Below, one piece after another: positions 32,739-42,892 of a DNA stretch of 64,000 nucleotides. The notes beneath the pieces are model-generated. The model searched no databases and had not been told where the DNA came from. It worked only from the letters and a program-made list of their open reading frames with translations. This DNA is from Candidatus Methylacidiphilales bacterium (lineage in GTDB: Bacteria > Verrucomicrobiota > Verrucomicrobiia > Methylacidiphilales > UBA1321): positions 4,541 to 68,540 of the forward strand of contig DASZIP010000022.1 in NCBI GenBank assembly GCA_035948935.1. The letters run 5' to 3'. Positions within the stretch are counted from its first letter, which is position 1. Each line of letters opens with the position of its first letter. The position numbers were made by a program, and so were the translations under genes.

Positions 32739-34505
32739 CTAATCCGGCGACGCGGGCGGGAGCCGGTGGGTATCGAGCGGAGTGCCGGCGGCGTTCTTCT
32801 CCAAAGGTTCGGACTGGGTCGCCTCGGGCGCGTTCGTCGGGGCCGACACCGTCGTTCTGGGAGCGGGAGGCGGAGCCGGGGCCGGAGCCTTTGTCGAAGC
32901 CGAAGGGGGATTCGTCGCCGGAGCGATCGGCGGATGGGTCGGGATGACCCCGCCCGGCTCATAATTGAAATGCCAGTTGGCGACCATGATCTGCCCCGTC
33001 TCCGCGTTTTTGACCCGGATATTGACCAGCACCACCGGGGCGATCAGGTCGCGCGGCAGGTAGAGCCGCACCGTGTTCGTCCCGGGATCGAAATCGTGGC
33101 GAACCTCGCCGAAATCGCGCACTGAGGTTTCAATCGAAGTCGAGTCGATCTTGTCCGCGCCGATCGGCGCGAGCACGGCGGTGATCACCGGGCGGGGATT
33201 GCTCACCGTGGCTCCCGGCTCCGGATCGGCTTTGGTCAGACCCAGCGCGCTCTGGCGCAGGTAGGCGGCAAAATTCTTCTCCACCTCCTGCGTGATCGTG
33301 TAGCGCCCGATGCTGTGCAGGCTCGTCGTCGAGTGGACCGGATTATCGGCCACGGTGAAAATCGCCTCGTATCCCGCTGCGATGGCTTTCGCCTCGACCT
33401 CCTTGTTGTAGTCGCCGTAGGGATAGGCGAAGCAGGTGATCGCTTTGCCCATCTTTTTTTCGAGCAGCGCCTTCGCCCCGGCGGTCTCGTTCGTCAGCCA
33501 TGCGTCGTATTCCTCGGGCGTCAGATTGTGCCAGACCCCTTTGATCTTCTGCTTGTGGCGGGTCAGTTGCGGATGGGTCATCGAATGCGACTCGATGTCG
33601 ACACCCTCCGCCTGAAGCGCGAGAAGGTCGTTCCAGCTTGCCGCTCCGGGGCCTTCGCCCACCGTGATGAAGTCGGGATAAATGAAGAAGGTCCACGGAT
33701 AGCCATATTTTTTCAAAATCGGCGCGGCGTAGACAATCGCGCTTTTGTAGCCGTCGTCGATCGTGATCGCCACCGAACCGGGCGGGAGCGAAATCTTGTG
33801 CTTGATGAAACGCTGCACATCCGAAAGCGGCACCACGTGATAGCCGTTGTCGTGGATGTATTTCATCTCCGATTCAAAGACATCCACCGGCATGTTCCAG
33901 GGATTGTTCGAAGACGCGCCCGCAGCCCGGAATTGATGGTAGAGGAGGATGATCACGCTGGCTTCTCCGGTCGCGGGTTGAATGACGCCCGAGTTGTTCA
34001 CGGAAGGCGCGGCGGGAGCGGCCGGAACCGTGTTGGTCGCCGGGGAGGGGATTGTCGCGGCGGGGGCGGCGTTGGTGCTGATATTCGCGGGCGAGACATT
34101 CGTCGCGGGGCTGGCGGCGGGCGGCGCGGAAGGAGACGCCGTATCCCCCGTCAGGGCGCCGGCCATTTGGATCTCCGCGCCGTCGGAGGGACGGTACGAT
34201 GCGAGCAGCACAAAAGGCGAACCATTCGCCCGCGGCTCGTTCATGGTCGACGGGGCAGGCGTCGCTGGGGCCGAATTCGTAGCGGGAGCCGCCGGAGCCG
34301 GGCCGGCATCGGGCGCGGCCGAGGGGGCCGCTGTCGTGGTAGCCGGTCCCGACGGCGTCAGGATGGCGCCTTCGACATGGAACTTTTCCCGTTCCGCCCG
34401 GAAGCGGGCCTCCATTTGCATATTGGAGACGTAGAAATAGATAATAAAGGCGGCGATGAAGAGCAAAACTCCCCCCGCCAGGACGATGGACCGCTTGAGA
34501 AGCAT
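32739..34505 (-). CDS. polysaccharide deacetylase (NodB homology) with N-terminal TM and Pro/Ala-rich linkers
   Basis: ...ILLYHQF...VAITIDDGYKS...YGYPWTFFIYPDF...ESHSMTHPQL... (NodB motifs). Long PA-rich low-complexity segments flank the domain. Confidence 0.8.
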   Translation of the reverse strand: MLLKRSIVLAGGVLLFIAAFIIYFYVSNMQMEARFRAEREKFHVEGAILTPSGPATTTAAPSAAPDAGPAPAAPATNSAPATPAPSTMNEPRANGSPFVLLASYRPSDGAEIQMAGALTGDTASPSAPPAASPATNVSPANISTNAAPAATIPSPATNTVPAAPAAPSVNNSGVIQPATGEASVIILLYHQFRAAGASSNNPWNMPVDVFESEMKYIHDNGYHVVPLSDVQRFIKHKISLPPGSVAITIDDGYKSAIVYAAPILKKYGYPWTFFIYPDFITVGEGPGAASWNDLLALQAEGVDIESHSMTHPQLTRHKQKIKGVWHNLTPEEYDAWLTNETAGAKALLEKKMGKAITCFAYPYGDYNKEVEAKAIAAGYEAIFTVADNPVHSTTSLHSIGRYTITQEVEKNFAAYLRQSALGLTKADPEPGATVSNPRPVITAVLAPIGADKIDSTSIETSVRDFGEVRHDFDPGTNTVRLYLPRDLIAPVVLVNIRVKNAETGQIMVANWHFNYEPGGVIPTHPPIAPATNPPSASTKAPAPAPPPAPRTTVSAPTNAPEATQSEPLEKNAAGTPLDTHRLPPASPD

Positions 34506-34620
34506 AAAGGGCGAGCATCCTACCAGTTGAGGAACTCATGTTCAACTACTTCCAGAATCAGGTTTGCAGCGCGGCGTTGCTCTATTTCAAAACAGGCCCT
34601 AGAAATGGGATCGCGCCGCC

Positions 34621-35790
34621 ATGAAGATTTTCTTTCGCTACCTCTTTCTTCGGCTGTTCGTGCCGTTCGCCGTCTGCCTCTGCGGCTGCACCCTGATCTG
34701 GATCATGGCCGATCTCTACGGCAACATCGACGATTTCCTCGAGCATAAGATTAATGTCTTCAAGATCCTCTATTTTTACTTCCTCCAGATTCCCAGCATG
34801 CTCGTCCAGATCCTTCCCGCCTCGCTCCTTTTCTCCACGCTCTGGACGCTGCTCGCCCTGAACCGCCGTTGCGAGCTCGTCGCTTTTCAATCCGGCGGCA
34901 TGGCGCCCATCTGGCTCTTTACCCCTTTTTTCGCCTTCGCCTGCATCTGGATGGTCATCCTCGCCATCGATCTCAACGGACTGGCCGCCTCGGCCGAGGT
35001 GAAGCGCGAGCGGATCCTCCTCCAGGTCAAGGGGCAAAATGCCAAGAAAAACGTCCTCCTCAATCTCCCCTACGTCGACAAGGTCAACCGCCGCGTCTGG
35101 TTTTTCCAGAGCCTCGATACCAACCAGGGGACGGCCGGCGGCATGGAGCTTCTCCAGCGCGACGATCAGGGGCATGACCAGGTCAAATATTTTGCCACCA
35201 AAGCCGAATGGACCGGTGAGTTCTGGAGGCTGACCGGCGGCGTTCTCGAAATCCGCTTTGGCCTCGACAACACCGTGCAGGCCCGGAAGACATATAAAGA
35301 GCTGGATCTGCCTGACGTCACCACGCCTCCCTCGCAGCTCTCCCTCATCGTCTCGCAGCCGGACCAACTCACCCTCACCCAGCTTTCCCAGTATATCGCC
35401 ACCAGCACCGCCACCCCGGAACACCTCGCCGGTTATCGCACCGAATGGTGGTACCGCGTCCTCTATCCCTTCAGCCTCATCGTCCTGATGCTTTTCGCGC
35501 TTCACCATGGCACCCGCACCGACCGCCGCAGCCCGGTCGCCGGCGTCGTCTGGGCCATCGTCGTCCTCATCCTCTACGTCCTGTTCATGAATGGCTTCAT
35601 GGCCCTGGGCAGGCACGACCGGCTGTCCCCCTTTCTCTCCGTGATCGCCATGCAGATCGTTTTTGGCGCGATCGGCCTGCATCTGCTCGCCCTCAGCAAC
35701 GGCTGGTGGTGGCAATTGCTCGAAGCGGCCAGGCGCTGGCAGGCCCGGCGTTCGGAGGGGGAAGTCTCCGAACGCGACGACGAGCGGTGA
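34621..35790 (+). CDS. LptF/LptG-family permease
   Basis: MKIFFRYLFLRLFVPFAVCL...QIPSMLVQILPASLLFSTLWTLLALNRRCELVAFQSGG... is the YjgP/YjgQ pattern with a periplasmic mid-domain. Confidence 0.8.
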   Translation: MKIFFRYLFLRLFVPFAVCLCGCTLIWIMADLYGNIDDFLEHKINVFKILYFYFLQIPSMLVQILPASLLFSTLWTLLALNRRCELVAFQSGGMAPIWLFTPFFAFACIWMVILAIDLNGLAASAEVKRERILLQVKGQNAKKNVLLNLPYVDKVNRRVWFFQSLDTNQGTAGGMELLQRDDQGHDQVKYFATKAEWTGEFWRLTGGVLEIRFGLDNTVQARKTYKELDLPDVTTPPSQLSLIVSQPDQLTLTQLSQYIATSTATPEHLAGYRTEWWYRVLYPFSLIVLMLFALHHGTRTDRRSPVAGVVWAIVVLILYVLFMNGFMALGRHDRLSPFLSVIAMQIVFGAIGLHLLALSNGWWWQLLEAARRWQARRSEGEVSERDDER

Positions 35791-35798
35791 TCTGTCAG

Positions 35799-36002
35799 TT
35801 ATCGAAAAGATGTAAGCGTTCCCGCGTTCCCTTCCCGCTTCGCTTCTTCAAGCAAAAAATCGAGCTTGCCCGCCCGGACATCCTGACGGATTTGTTCGTC
35901 CCACTGCTCCTCCAGATATTCCTGGTACCATTGGTTGAACCGGGCCAGCTCTTCTTTGGGCAGGGTTTTGATCGCGGCTTCGATTTCGGCGACGCTCATC
36001 AA
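35799..36002 (-). CDS. small addiction-module-component-like protein (orphan)
   Basis: The 67-aa protein MMSVAEIEAAIKTLPKEELARFNQWYQEYLEEQWDEQIRQD... resembles antitoxin-like addiction module component proteins. No partner toxin ORF is adjacent. Confidence 0.35.
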   Translation of the reverse strand: MMSVAEIEAAIKTLPKEELARFNQWYQEYLEEQWDEQIRQDVRAGKLDFLLEEAKREGNAGTLTSFR

Positions 36003-36046
36003 AACGGCCTACGGCGAATTCCTCGAAGAGGCAATACTGGAGGCTG

Positions 36047-36931
36047 CTACACGCTCGCCCCGCTCCATTTCAGCTTCTGCCGCAGCACCCGATAGAAATC
36101 GGTGTGCGGCAGGTACGCAAGCTGCACCCTGGCCTTGGCCGGCTTGATCTCCAGCCACGCATGTGCGTGAAGTCGCCCGCCCGGCCGTCCGTCGAATTGC
36201 ACGCCCGGCGCCGGGACGCCCGGCTGCCGCACCACCCGCACGCGGATCACCTGGTCCGTCCCGACCACCAGCGCCCGGTTCGTCAGCGCATGCGGACAGA
36301 TCGGCGTCAGCACGATCGAGTCGGCGTCGGGGCTGAGAATCGGCCCGCCCGACGCAAGCGAATAGGCGGTCGAGCCCGTCGGTGTCGAGACAATCAGCCC
36401 GTCGCACACATATTCCGTGACGAGATAATCCCCCACCTCCACGCGAATCCGCGCCAGCCGCGACACATTCGCCCGCGCCACCACGATGTCATTCAGCGCG
36501 CACGGAATCAGTTCCTTTTTGCCGTTGGCGTGGTGAAAAACCGTCTCCAGGACGAGCCGCGGGCTCAGCAGCAAATCCCACGCGGCGACGTAGGGCAGGA
36601 TTTTTTCCACCTCCGTCTCGGCCACCGCCGTCAGGAAACCGAGGCTCCCGATGTTCACCCCGAGGATCGGCACTTGGGCGGGAAACACCGAATCGACGAC
36701 GTCGATCAGCGAACCGTCCCCGCCCGCGACCAGCAGCAGGTCCGATTTTTTCGCCAGCTCCGCTTCCGAAACGCCGGGCCGGCGGATCATCGCGCCGGTC
36801 CGTTTCTCGAAGTGCAGGCGCAGATTCGGGTGTCCCTGCGAGAACTCGATCAGTTGGTACAGCACGTCCCTCGCGCCCGGCTTCGAGCCGTTCACAATCA
36901 CGCCGATATTCACTTTTTTCGCAGCAGCCAT
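36047..36931 (-). CDS. nadK: NAD+ kinase
   Basis: ...LLLVAGGDGSLIDVV...ILGVNIGSLGFLT...STPTGSTAYSLASGGPI... The start is the internal ATG at 36929-36931. Confidence 0.9.
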   Translation of the reverse strand: MAAAKKVNIGVIVNGSKPGARDVLYQLIEFSQGHPNLRLHFEKRTGAMIRRPGVSEAELAKKSDLLLVAGGDGSLIDVVDSVFPAQVPILGVNIGSLGFLTAVAETEVEKILPYVAAWDLLLSPRLVLETVFHHANGKKELIPCALNDIVVARANVSRLARIRVEVGDYLVTEYVCDGLIVSTPTGSTAYSLASGGPILSPDADSIVLTPICPHALTNRALVVGTDQVIRVRVVRQPGVPAPGVQFDGRPGGRLHAHAWLEIKPAKARVQLAYLPHTDFYRVLRQKLKWSGASV

Positions 36932-37650
36932 AAAAATTCCTCGTTTCCGTCCCGGCCCGGCAGCGGGGAGGGGATCGTCCCCACCGTCGTCACCGGATAA
37001 TCCTTCGCCCATTCGCACAGGCCCCGCACCACCCCCGTTCTCACCTGCGCGTCGCGGACAATCCCGCCCTTGCCCACTTCGGCGCGCCCGGCTTCGAACT
37101 GCGGCTTGATCAGCGCGCAGACCCTTCCGCCGGAGCTAAGCAGATCGAACGCCGGAGGCAAGACCTTGCGTAGCGAAATGAACGAAACGTCGGCCACGAT
37201 CAGATCGAACGGAGCCCAAAAATGCTCCCGCGCAAATTCGCCAAGATCGCGCGCGTTGACCCCCTCGTGGAGCGCCACCCGCTTGTCCTGCCGCAACCGC
37301 CAGTGCAATTGTCCCCGTCCCACGTCGACCGCCACCACCTCCCGCGCCCCGTGCTGCAGCAGGCAATCGGTGAAGCCCCCCGTCGACGCCCCGATGTCGA
37401 GGCATCGCAGCCCCGTCACGTCGAGATCAAAACCCTTTAGCGCCCCCTCCATCTTGTGCCCGCCCCGGCTCACGTAACGGTCGCCTCCGCGCACCTCGAT
37501 CGCCGCCGAGGCGGCACAAAGCTTGCTTGCCTTGTCCCACCGTTGACCTTCCACCCATACCTCCCCAGCCAAAATCAGCCGTTGGGCTTGTTCGCGCGAT
37601 TCGGCGAGCCTCCTTTCCACCAATTCGACATCCAGGCGGCGGGGCTTCAT
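36910..37650 (-). CDS. tlyA: TlyA-family rRNA 2'-O-methyltransferase
   Basis: MKPRRLDVELVERRLAESREQAQRLILAGEV (S4 domain)...YVSRGGHKMEGAL...CLDIGASTGGFTDCLL (SAM site). Confidence 0.85.
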   Translation of the reverse strand: MKPRRLDVELVERRLAESREQAQRLILAGEVWVEGQRWDKASKLCAASAAIEVRGGDRYVSRGGHKMEGALKGFDLDVTGLRCLDIGASTGGFTDCLLQHGAREVVAVDVGRGQLHWRLRQDKRVALHEGVNARDLGEFAREHFWAPFDLIVADVSFISLRKVLPPAFDLLSSGGRVCALIKPQFEAGRAEVGKGGIVRDAQVRTGVVRGLCEWAKDYPVTTVGTIPSPLPGRDGNEEFLWLLRKK

Positions 37651-37789
37651 GCGATCCCATATTACGCTTCTCACGGGCGAACGGACAGAACGAATCGGAA
37701 CGCGACACTTATGTCGCCGTCGTCGGAAATCGAGTATAATCCAAATATCCCCTTGTGACTTTTCATCCACGCTCTAAAATGTAAACCCA

Positions 37790-40700
37790 ATGCCGCTCAA
37801 TCAAGCCATCCTCGACCACACCGGGTCCTTCCACGGACTCTACGATCCGGCTTTTGAACACGACGCGTGCGGAGTCGGCATGGTCGCCAGCATCAAGGGC
37901 GTCCGCTCCAATTCGATCCTCCGCAAGGCGCTCACCTGCGTCTGCTCCCTTATCCATCGCGGCGCGATGGACGCCGACGCCAAGACCGGCGACGGTGCGG
38001 GCGTCCTGACCCAGATCCCCTACAAGCTTTTCCGGCCCGAGGTCGAGAAAATGGGCTACAAGCTTTTCCAGGATTCCGATCTCGGCGTCGGCATGATGTT
38101 CCTCCCGAACGATCCCTACACCCAGGCCCGCTGCCGCCACATCACCGAGACCGTCCTGACCGAGCACAAGCTTTTCATCTTCGGCTGGCGCGTTGTCCCC
38201 GTCAACCGCGCCGTCCTCGGCGATAAGGCGCTCCGCACCTGCCCCGACATCGAGCAAATCCTCATCGGCCGCCCCGACCCCTCCATCATGAGCGACGACG
38301 AGTTCGAGCGCAAATTGTTCCTCTGCCGCAACCAGATCGAGGACCAGGCCGAAAGCCAGGGCATCAAGGATTTCTACATCCCCAGCTTCTCGAGCCGCAC
38401 CATCGTCTACAAGGGCCTCCTCGCCGCGCCGACCCTCGAACGCTTTTACCTCGACCTCCGCGACCCCAATTACACCACCGCCCTCGCCGTCTTCCATCAG
38501 CGGTACAGCACCAACACCTTCCCCACATGGCCCCTCTCCCAGTCCTGCCGGATGCTCAGCCATAACGGCGAAATCAACACCATCGCCGGCAACCGGCTTT
38601 GGACCAAAGCCCGCGAGCCGGAACTCAAAAGCCCCTTCTTCGGCGATGCCATCAAAAAACTCCGCCCCATCATCCAGCCCGGCGGCAGCGACTCCGCCAG
38701 CCTCGACAACGCCCTCGAACTCCTCGTCATGGGCGGCCGCGACATCCTCCATTCCATGCTCATGCTCGTCCCCGCCGCCTGGCAGGGCGACGCCTCCACC
38801 CCCGCCGAAGTGAAGGATTTTTACGAGTATCACCAGACCCTCAACGAGCCGTGGGACGGCCCCGCCGCCCTCGTCTTCAGCGACGGACGCACCATCGGCG
38901 CCTGCCTCGACCGCAACGGCCTGCGCCCCGCGCGCTACAAAATCACCGACGACGGCCTCTTCTCCCTCGGTTCCGAGGTCGGACTCCTCGTCATCGACGA
39001 CGCCAGGGTCGTCGAAAAAGGCCGCCTCGGCCCCGGCGAAATGATCGCCATCGACACGGTCAAGGGGATCCTCCTCAAAAACGACGAAATCAAGGCCGCC
39101 TACGCCAAAAAGAAGCCCTATGGCGCCTGGCTCCGCGAAAACATCAAGGACATCGTCGGCAAGCCCTCGCTCGAATCCCGCCCCGCCCCCGGCGCGACCC
39201 TCCTCCAGCAGCAGCTCGCCGCCGGCTACACCGAGGAGGAACTCGGCGTCACCCCCTCCATTCTCAAGATCATGGCCGAGACGGGCGAGGAAGCCATCGG
39301 ATCGATGGGCGACGACACGCCGCTCGCCGTCCTCTCCAAAAAGCCCCGCCTTCTCTACACCTACTTCAAGCAGCTCTTCGCCCAGGTCACCAACCCGCCC
39401 ATCGACCCCATCCGCGAAAAGCTCGTGATGTCCGTCGAAGTCCTCGCCGGCGCCCATCGCAACTGGCTCGAGGAAACCCCCGAACACGCCCGCCTCCTCC
39501 GGCTCCAGTCCCCCGTCCTCACCAATCCCGAAATGGATCAAATCCTCGCCCTCAAGGCCGATCCCTTTCATTGCGCCGCCATCACCTGCCGCTTCCCCGT
39601 CACCGAAGGGCCCGACGGCCTCAAGAAACATCTCGACCGCATTTGCGCCGAAGCCGAGAAAGCCGTCGACGGCGGCGCGGCCATCCTCATCCTCAGCGAT
39701 TGGGACATCGACGCCGGCCACGCGCCGATCCCGATGCTCCTCGCCACCGGCGCCGTCCACCACCATCTCGTCCGCGTCGACAAACGCTCCAAGGCGAGCC
39801 TCGTCTGCGAAACCGCCGAGTGCCGCGACGTCCACCAGATCGCCTGCCTCCTCGGCTACGGCGCCTCCGCCGTCAATCCCTACACCGCCTTCGCCACCCT
39901 CAACGACCTCGCCTCCCGCGAGCAGTTGAAGGTCGGCGAAAAGATCGTCGATCCCGTCGTCGCCGCCAAAAATTACCGCTACGCCCTCGAAAAAGGCCTC
40001 CTGAAAATCATGTCGAAGATGGGCATCTCGACCCTCGCCAGCTACAGCGGTGCGCAGACCTTCCACGCCATCGGCCTTCACCCCGACGTCATCGCCTTCG
40101 CCTTCACCGGCACGCCTTCGCAGGTCAAGGGCCTCAACTTCCGCGAGATCGCCGAGGAGACCCTCGTCCGCCACATGCGCGCCTTCGCCCCCGACGCCAA
40201 GCTTACCGACGAAGGCATCTACCGTTATCGCCGCGACGGCGAACTTCACGCCTGGACGCCCCCCGTCCTCCAAAGCTTCCACACCTACGTCGGCATCAAG
40301 GGCGCCGACAAGGCCGGCAAGTGGGAGGATTACGAGAAATACGTCGCCGCCATCGAGGAAGCCGCGCCCGTCGCCCTGCGCCAATGCCTCTCCTTGAAAA
40401 AGAACGGCAGCGCCATCCCCATCGACGAGGTCGAGCCCATTGAGGACATCCGCCGCCGTTTCACCACCGCCGGCATGTCGCTCGGCGCTCTTTCCCCCGA
40501 GGCCCACGAAACCCTCGCCATCGCCATGAACCGCATCGGCGGCAAATCCAACTCCGGCGAGGGTGGCGAGGACCGCGGCCGGTTCACGCCGATGGAAAAC
40601 GGCGACTCCAAGAACAGCCGCATCAAGCAGGTCGCCTCGGGCCGCTTCGGCGTCACCGCCGAATATCTCGCCAGCGCCACCGAAATCGAAATCAAGATGG

Positions 40701-42430
40701 CCCAGGGATCCAAGCCCGGTGAAGGCGGCCAGATTCCCGGCCACAAAGTCAGCGCCATGATCGCCAAGCTCCGCCGCAGCACCCCCGGCGTCACCCTCAT
40801 CTCCCCGCCGCCCCACCACGACATTTACAGCATCGAAGACCTCGCCCAGCTCATTTACGACCTCAAGCAGGTCAATCCCCGCGCCAAGGTCTGCGTCAAG
40901 CTCGTCGCCGAAGCCGGCGTCGGCACCATCGCGGCCGGCGTTGCCAAGGCCTACGCCGACATCGTCCTTATCTCCGGCCACGACGGCGGCACCGGCGCGT
41001 CGCCCCTCTCCTCCGTCAAAAACGCAGGCGGCCCGTGGGAGCTCGGCCTCGCCGAGGCCCACCAGGTCCTCCTCCTCAACGGCCTCCGCAATCGCGTCAC
41101 CCTCCGTACCGACGGCGGCATGAAGACCGGCCTCGACATCCTCATCGCCGCCATGCTTGGCGCCGAGGAATTCAACTTCGGCACCGCGGCACTCATCGCC
41201 ACCGGCTGCGTCTACGTCCGCAAGTGCCACCTCAACACCTGCCCCGTCGGTGTCACCACCCAGGACGAAAAATTCCGCGCGAAATACAAAGGCACCCCGG
41301 AGAACGTCGTTTTCTTTTTCAACGCGGTCGCCGAAGAGGTGCGCCGCTATCTCGCCGCCATCGGCGCGCGAAGCATGAACGAAGTCATCGGTCGCACCGA
41401 CTACCTCCAACAGCGCGAAGTCCCCGACCATCCCAAGGCCAACCTCCTCGATCTCTCCCGCCTCCTCGCCATGCCCAAAATCGACGACGGCTCGCCCCGG
41501 TTCCACACCTGGGAGCGCAACGACAAACTCGAAGACCGCACCCTCGACGACGTCATTCTTCAGGACGCCAAAAGCTGCCTCCAGACCAAGCATCCCCTCA
41601 GCCTCAAGTACAAGGTCAAAAATACCTTCCGCAGCATCGGCACCAACCTCTCCGGCGAAATCGCCTATCGCTTCGGCGACGAGGGCCTTCCCGAAAACAC
41701 CCTCAACCTCACTCTCACCGGCAGCGCCGGCCAGAGCCTCGGCGCGTTCCTCGTCAAGGGCGTCCGCATCACCCTCGTCGGCGAAAGCAACGACTACGTC
41801 GGCAAAGGCATGGGCGGCGGCGAAATCATCGTCGTCCCTCCGCCCTCCGCCAAATTCGATCCCGCCAAAAATTCGATCTGCGGCAACACCGTCCTTTACG
41901 GGGCCACCGGCGGCGCGCTCTACATCCGGGGCTGCGCGGGCGAGCGCTTCGCCGTCCGCAACAGCGGCGCCACCGCCGTCGTCGAAGGCATCGGCGACCA
42001 CGGCTGCGAGTACATGACCAACGGCCGCGTCATCGTCCTCGGCATGACCGGCAAGAATTTCGCCGCCGGAATGTCGGGCGGCCTCGCCTACGTTCTCGAC
42101 CAGGAAGGCGCCTTCGAGCAGCGCTGCAACCGCGCCATGGTCACCCTCCAGCGCCTCTCCGATCCCGACGACATCATCGCCCTCAAGGGCGCGATTTACA
42201 AACATCTCGAATTGACCGAAAGCGCCCGCGCCAAGGAAATCCTCGCCGACTGGGCCCGCTTCGAACCGCTGTTTTGGAGAGTCACCCCGCTGCCGCCCGC
42301 CGGCGCGACGCCTCCCGCCGTCCCCGCCGCCGCGGCCCAGATCGGCACCGGCCCGTCGAGCAACGGCAACGGCTCCTCCGCTCCGACTCCGCGCCCCCCT
42401 TCCACCTCAGGAGAACCGGCCAAGGCATGA
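37790..42430 (+). CDS. gltB: glutamate synthase large subunit
   Basis: 1546 aa. N-terminal amidotransferase with EHDACGVGMVA, FMN domain (...SGEGGED..., PPPHHDIYSIEDLAQLI) and C-terminal GXGXG barrel. It ends in a Pro/Ala-rich tail. Confidence 0.97.
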   Translation: MPLNQAILDHTGSFHGLYDPAFEHDACGVGMVASIKGVRSNSILRKALTCVCSLIHRGAMDADAKTGDGAGVLTQIPYKLFRPEVEKMGYKLFQDSDLGVGMMFLPNDPYTQARCRHITETVLTEHKLFIFGWRVVPVNRAVLGDKALRTCPDIEQILIGRPDPSIMSDDEFERKLFLCRNQIEDQAESQGIKDFYIPSFSSRTIVYKGLLAAPTLERFYLDLRDPNYTTALAVFHQRYSTNTFPTWPLSQSCRMLSHNGEINTIAGNRLWTKAREPELKSPFFGDAIKKLRPIIQPGGSDSASLDNALELLVMGGRDILHSMLMLVPAAWQGDASTPAEVKDFYEYHQTLNEPWDGPAALVFSDGRTIGACLDRNGLRPARYKITDDGLFSLGSEVGLLVIDDARVVEKGRLGPGEMIAIDTVKGILLKNDEIKAAYAKKKPYGAWLRENIKDIVGKPSLESRPAPGATLLQQQLAAGYTEEELGVTPSILKIMAETGEEAIGSMGDDTPLAVLSKKPRLLYTYFKQLFAQVTNPPIDPIREKLVMSVEVLAGAHRNWLEETPEHARLLRLQSPVLTNPEMDQILALKADPFHCAAITCRFPVTEGPDGLKKHLDRICAEAEKAVDGGAAILILSDWDIDAGHAPIPMLLATGAVHHHLVRVDKRSKASLVCETAECRDVHQIACLLGYGASAVNPYTAFATLNDLASREQLKVGEKIVDPVVAAKNYRYALEKGLLKIMSKMGISTLASYSGAQTFHAIGLHPDVIAFAFTGTPSQVKGLNFREIAEETLVRHMRAFAPDAKLTDEGIYRYRRDGELHAWTPPVLQSFHTYVGIKGADKAGKWEDYEKYVAAIEEAAPVALRQCLSLKKNGSAIPIDEVEPIEDIRRRFTTAGMSLGALSPEAHETLAIAMNRIGGKSNSGEGGEDRGRFTPMENGDSKNSRIKQVASGRFGVTAEYLASATEIEIKMAQGSKPGEGGQIPGHKVSAMIAKLRRSTPGVTLISPPPHHDIYSIEDLAQLIYDLKQVNPRAKVCVKLVAEAGVGTIAAGVAKAYADIVLISGHDGGTGASPLSSVKNAGGPWELGLAEAHQVLLLNGLRNRVTLRTDGGMKTGLDILIAAMLGAEEFNFGTAALIATGCVYVRKCHLNTCPVGVTTQDEKFRAKYKGTPENVVFFFNAVAEEVRRYLAAIGARSMNEVIGRTDYLQQREVPDHPKANLLDLSRLLAMPKIDDGSPRFHTWERNDKLEDRTLDDVILQDAKSCLQTKHPLSLKYKVKNTFRSIGTNLSGEIAYRFGDEGLPENTLNLTLTGSAGQSLGAFLVKGVRITLVGESNDYVGKGMGGGEIIVVPPPSAKFDPAKNSICGNTVLYGATGGALYIRGCAGERFAVRNSGATAVVEGIGDHGCEYMTNGRVIVLGMTGKNFAAGMSGGLAYVLDQEGAFEQRCNRAMVTLQRLSDPDDIIALKGAIYKHLELTESARAKEILADWARFEPLFWRVTPLPPAGATPPAVPAAAAQIGTGPSSNGNGSSAPTPRPPSTSGEPAKA

Positions 42431-42837
42431 GTGCGGAAATCGCACATCAACTCTCCATCTTCGTCGCCAACAAGCCGGGCGTATTGGGCAAAGTCTGCGA
42501 TCTGCTGAAGAAGGAGAAACTCAACATCTTCGCCATCACCACGTCCGACAACCGCGACCACAGCATCATCCGCCTCGTCGTCGACGAACCCCACCGCGCC
42601 CTCGGCCTCCTCGAGGATTACGGCACCCTCGTCCAGCAAACCGACGTCATCATGATCGGCGGCCCCAACCGCCCCGGCACCATCGCCGAAATCGCCCATC
42701 GTCTCGGCGAGGCCAACATCAACATCGACTACCTCTACTGCGCCACCGCCCCCACCGCCAGGCTCGGCCTCCTCGTCTTCAAACCCTCCAACGTCGCGAA
42801 AGCGCTGAAGGTGCTCAATCAGCGCGAGACGAAATAG
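42427..42837 (+). CDS. tandem ACT-domain protein
   Basis: MSAEIAHQLSIFVANKPGVLGKVCDLLKKEKLNIFAIT... and a second unit IGGPNRPGTIAEIAHRLGEANINIDYL. The ATG at 42427-42429 overlaps the gltB TGA at 42428-42430. Confidence 0.75.
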   Translation: MSAEIAHQLSIFVANKPGVLGKVCDLLKKEKLNIFAITTSDNRDHSIIRLVVDEPHRALGLLEDYGTLVQQTDVIMIGGPNRPGTIAEIAHRLGEANINIDYLYCATAPTARLGLLVFKPSNVAKALKVLNQRETK

Positions 42838-42876
42838 GACAGATGCGACTTGCCTTCAAAGAACCGTGGAATCTTC

Positions 42877-42892
42877 TCGGACGGATCCTTTG
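42877..42892 (+). repeat. 16-nt direct repeat, copy 1 (TCGGACGGATCCTTTG)
   Basis: It matches 45921-45936 (TCGGACGGACCCTTTG) at 15/16, with weaker similarity extending about 10-20 nt on both sides. The two copies lie in the two AT-rich gaps that flank the lipase-lipoprotein pair. Confidence 0.7.

Noticed and set aside
37725-37745. TATAAT hexamer (in TCGAGTATAATCC) about 50 nt upstream of gltB, considered as a -10 box.
   Set aside because: There is no acceptable -35 (TTGACA-like) hexamer at 16-19 nt spacing and no TG extension. Promoter consensus for this lineage is uncertain, so it is left uncalled.
37763-42205. A 1480-aa ORF antisense to gltB. Similar long antisense ORFs lie at 1097-2833, 2843-4519, 6321-7490, 17627-18805, 20952-22640, 33315-34748, 34582-35715, 58991-61663 and elsewhere.
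   Set aside because: These are typical high-GC shadow ORFs. Their composition is Gly/Ala/Asp/Arg/Val-rich and repetitive, they match no family, and each lies fully opposite a gene with unmistakable homology signatures.
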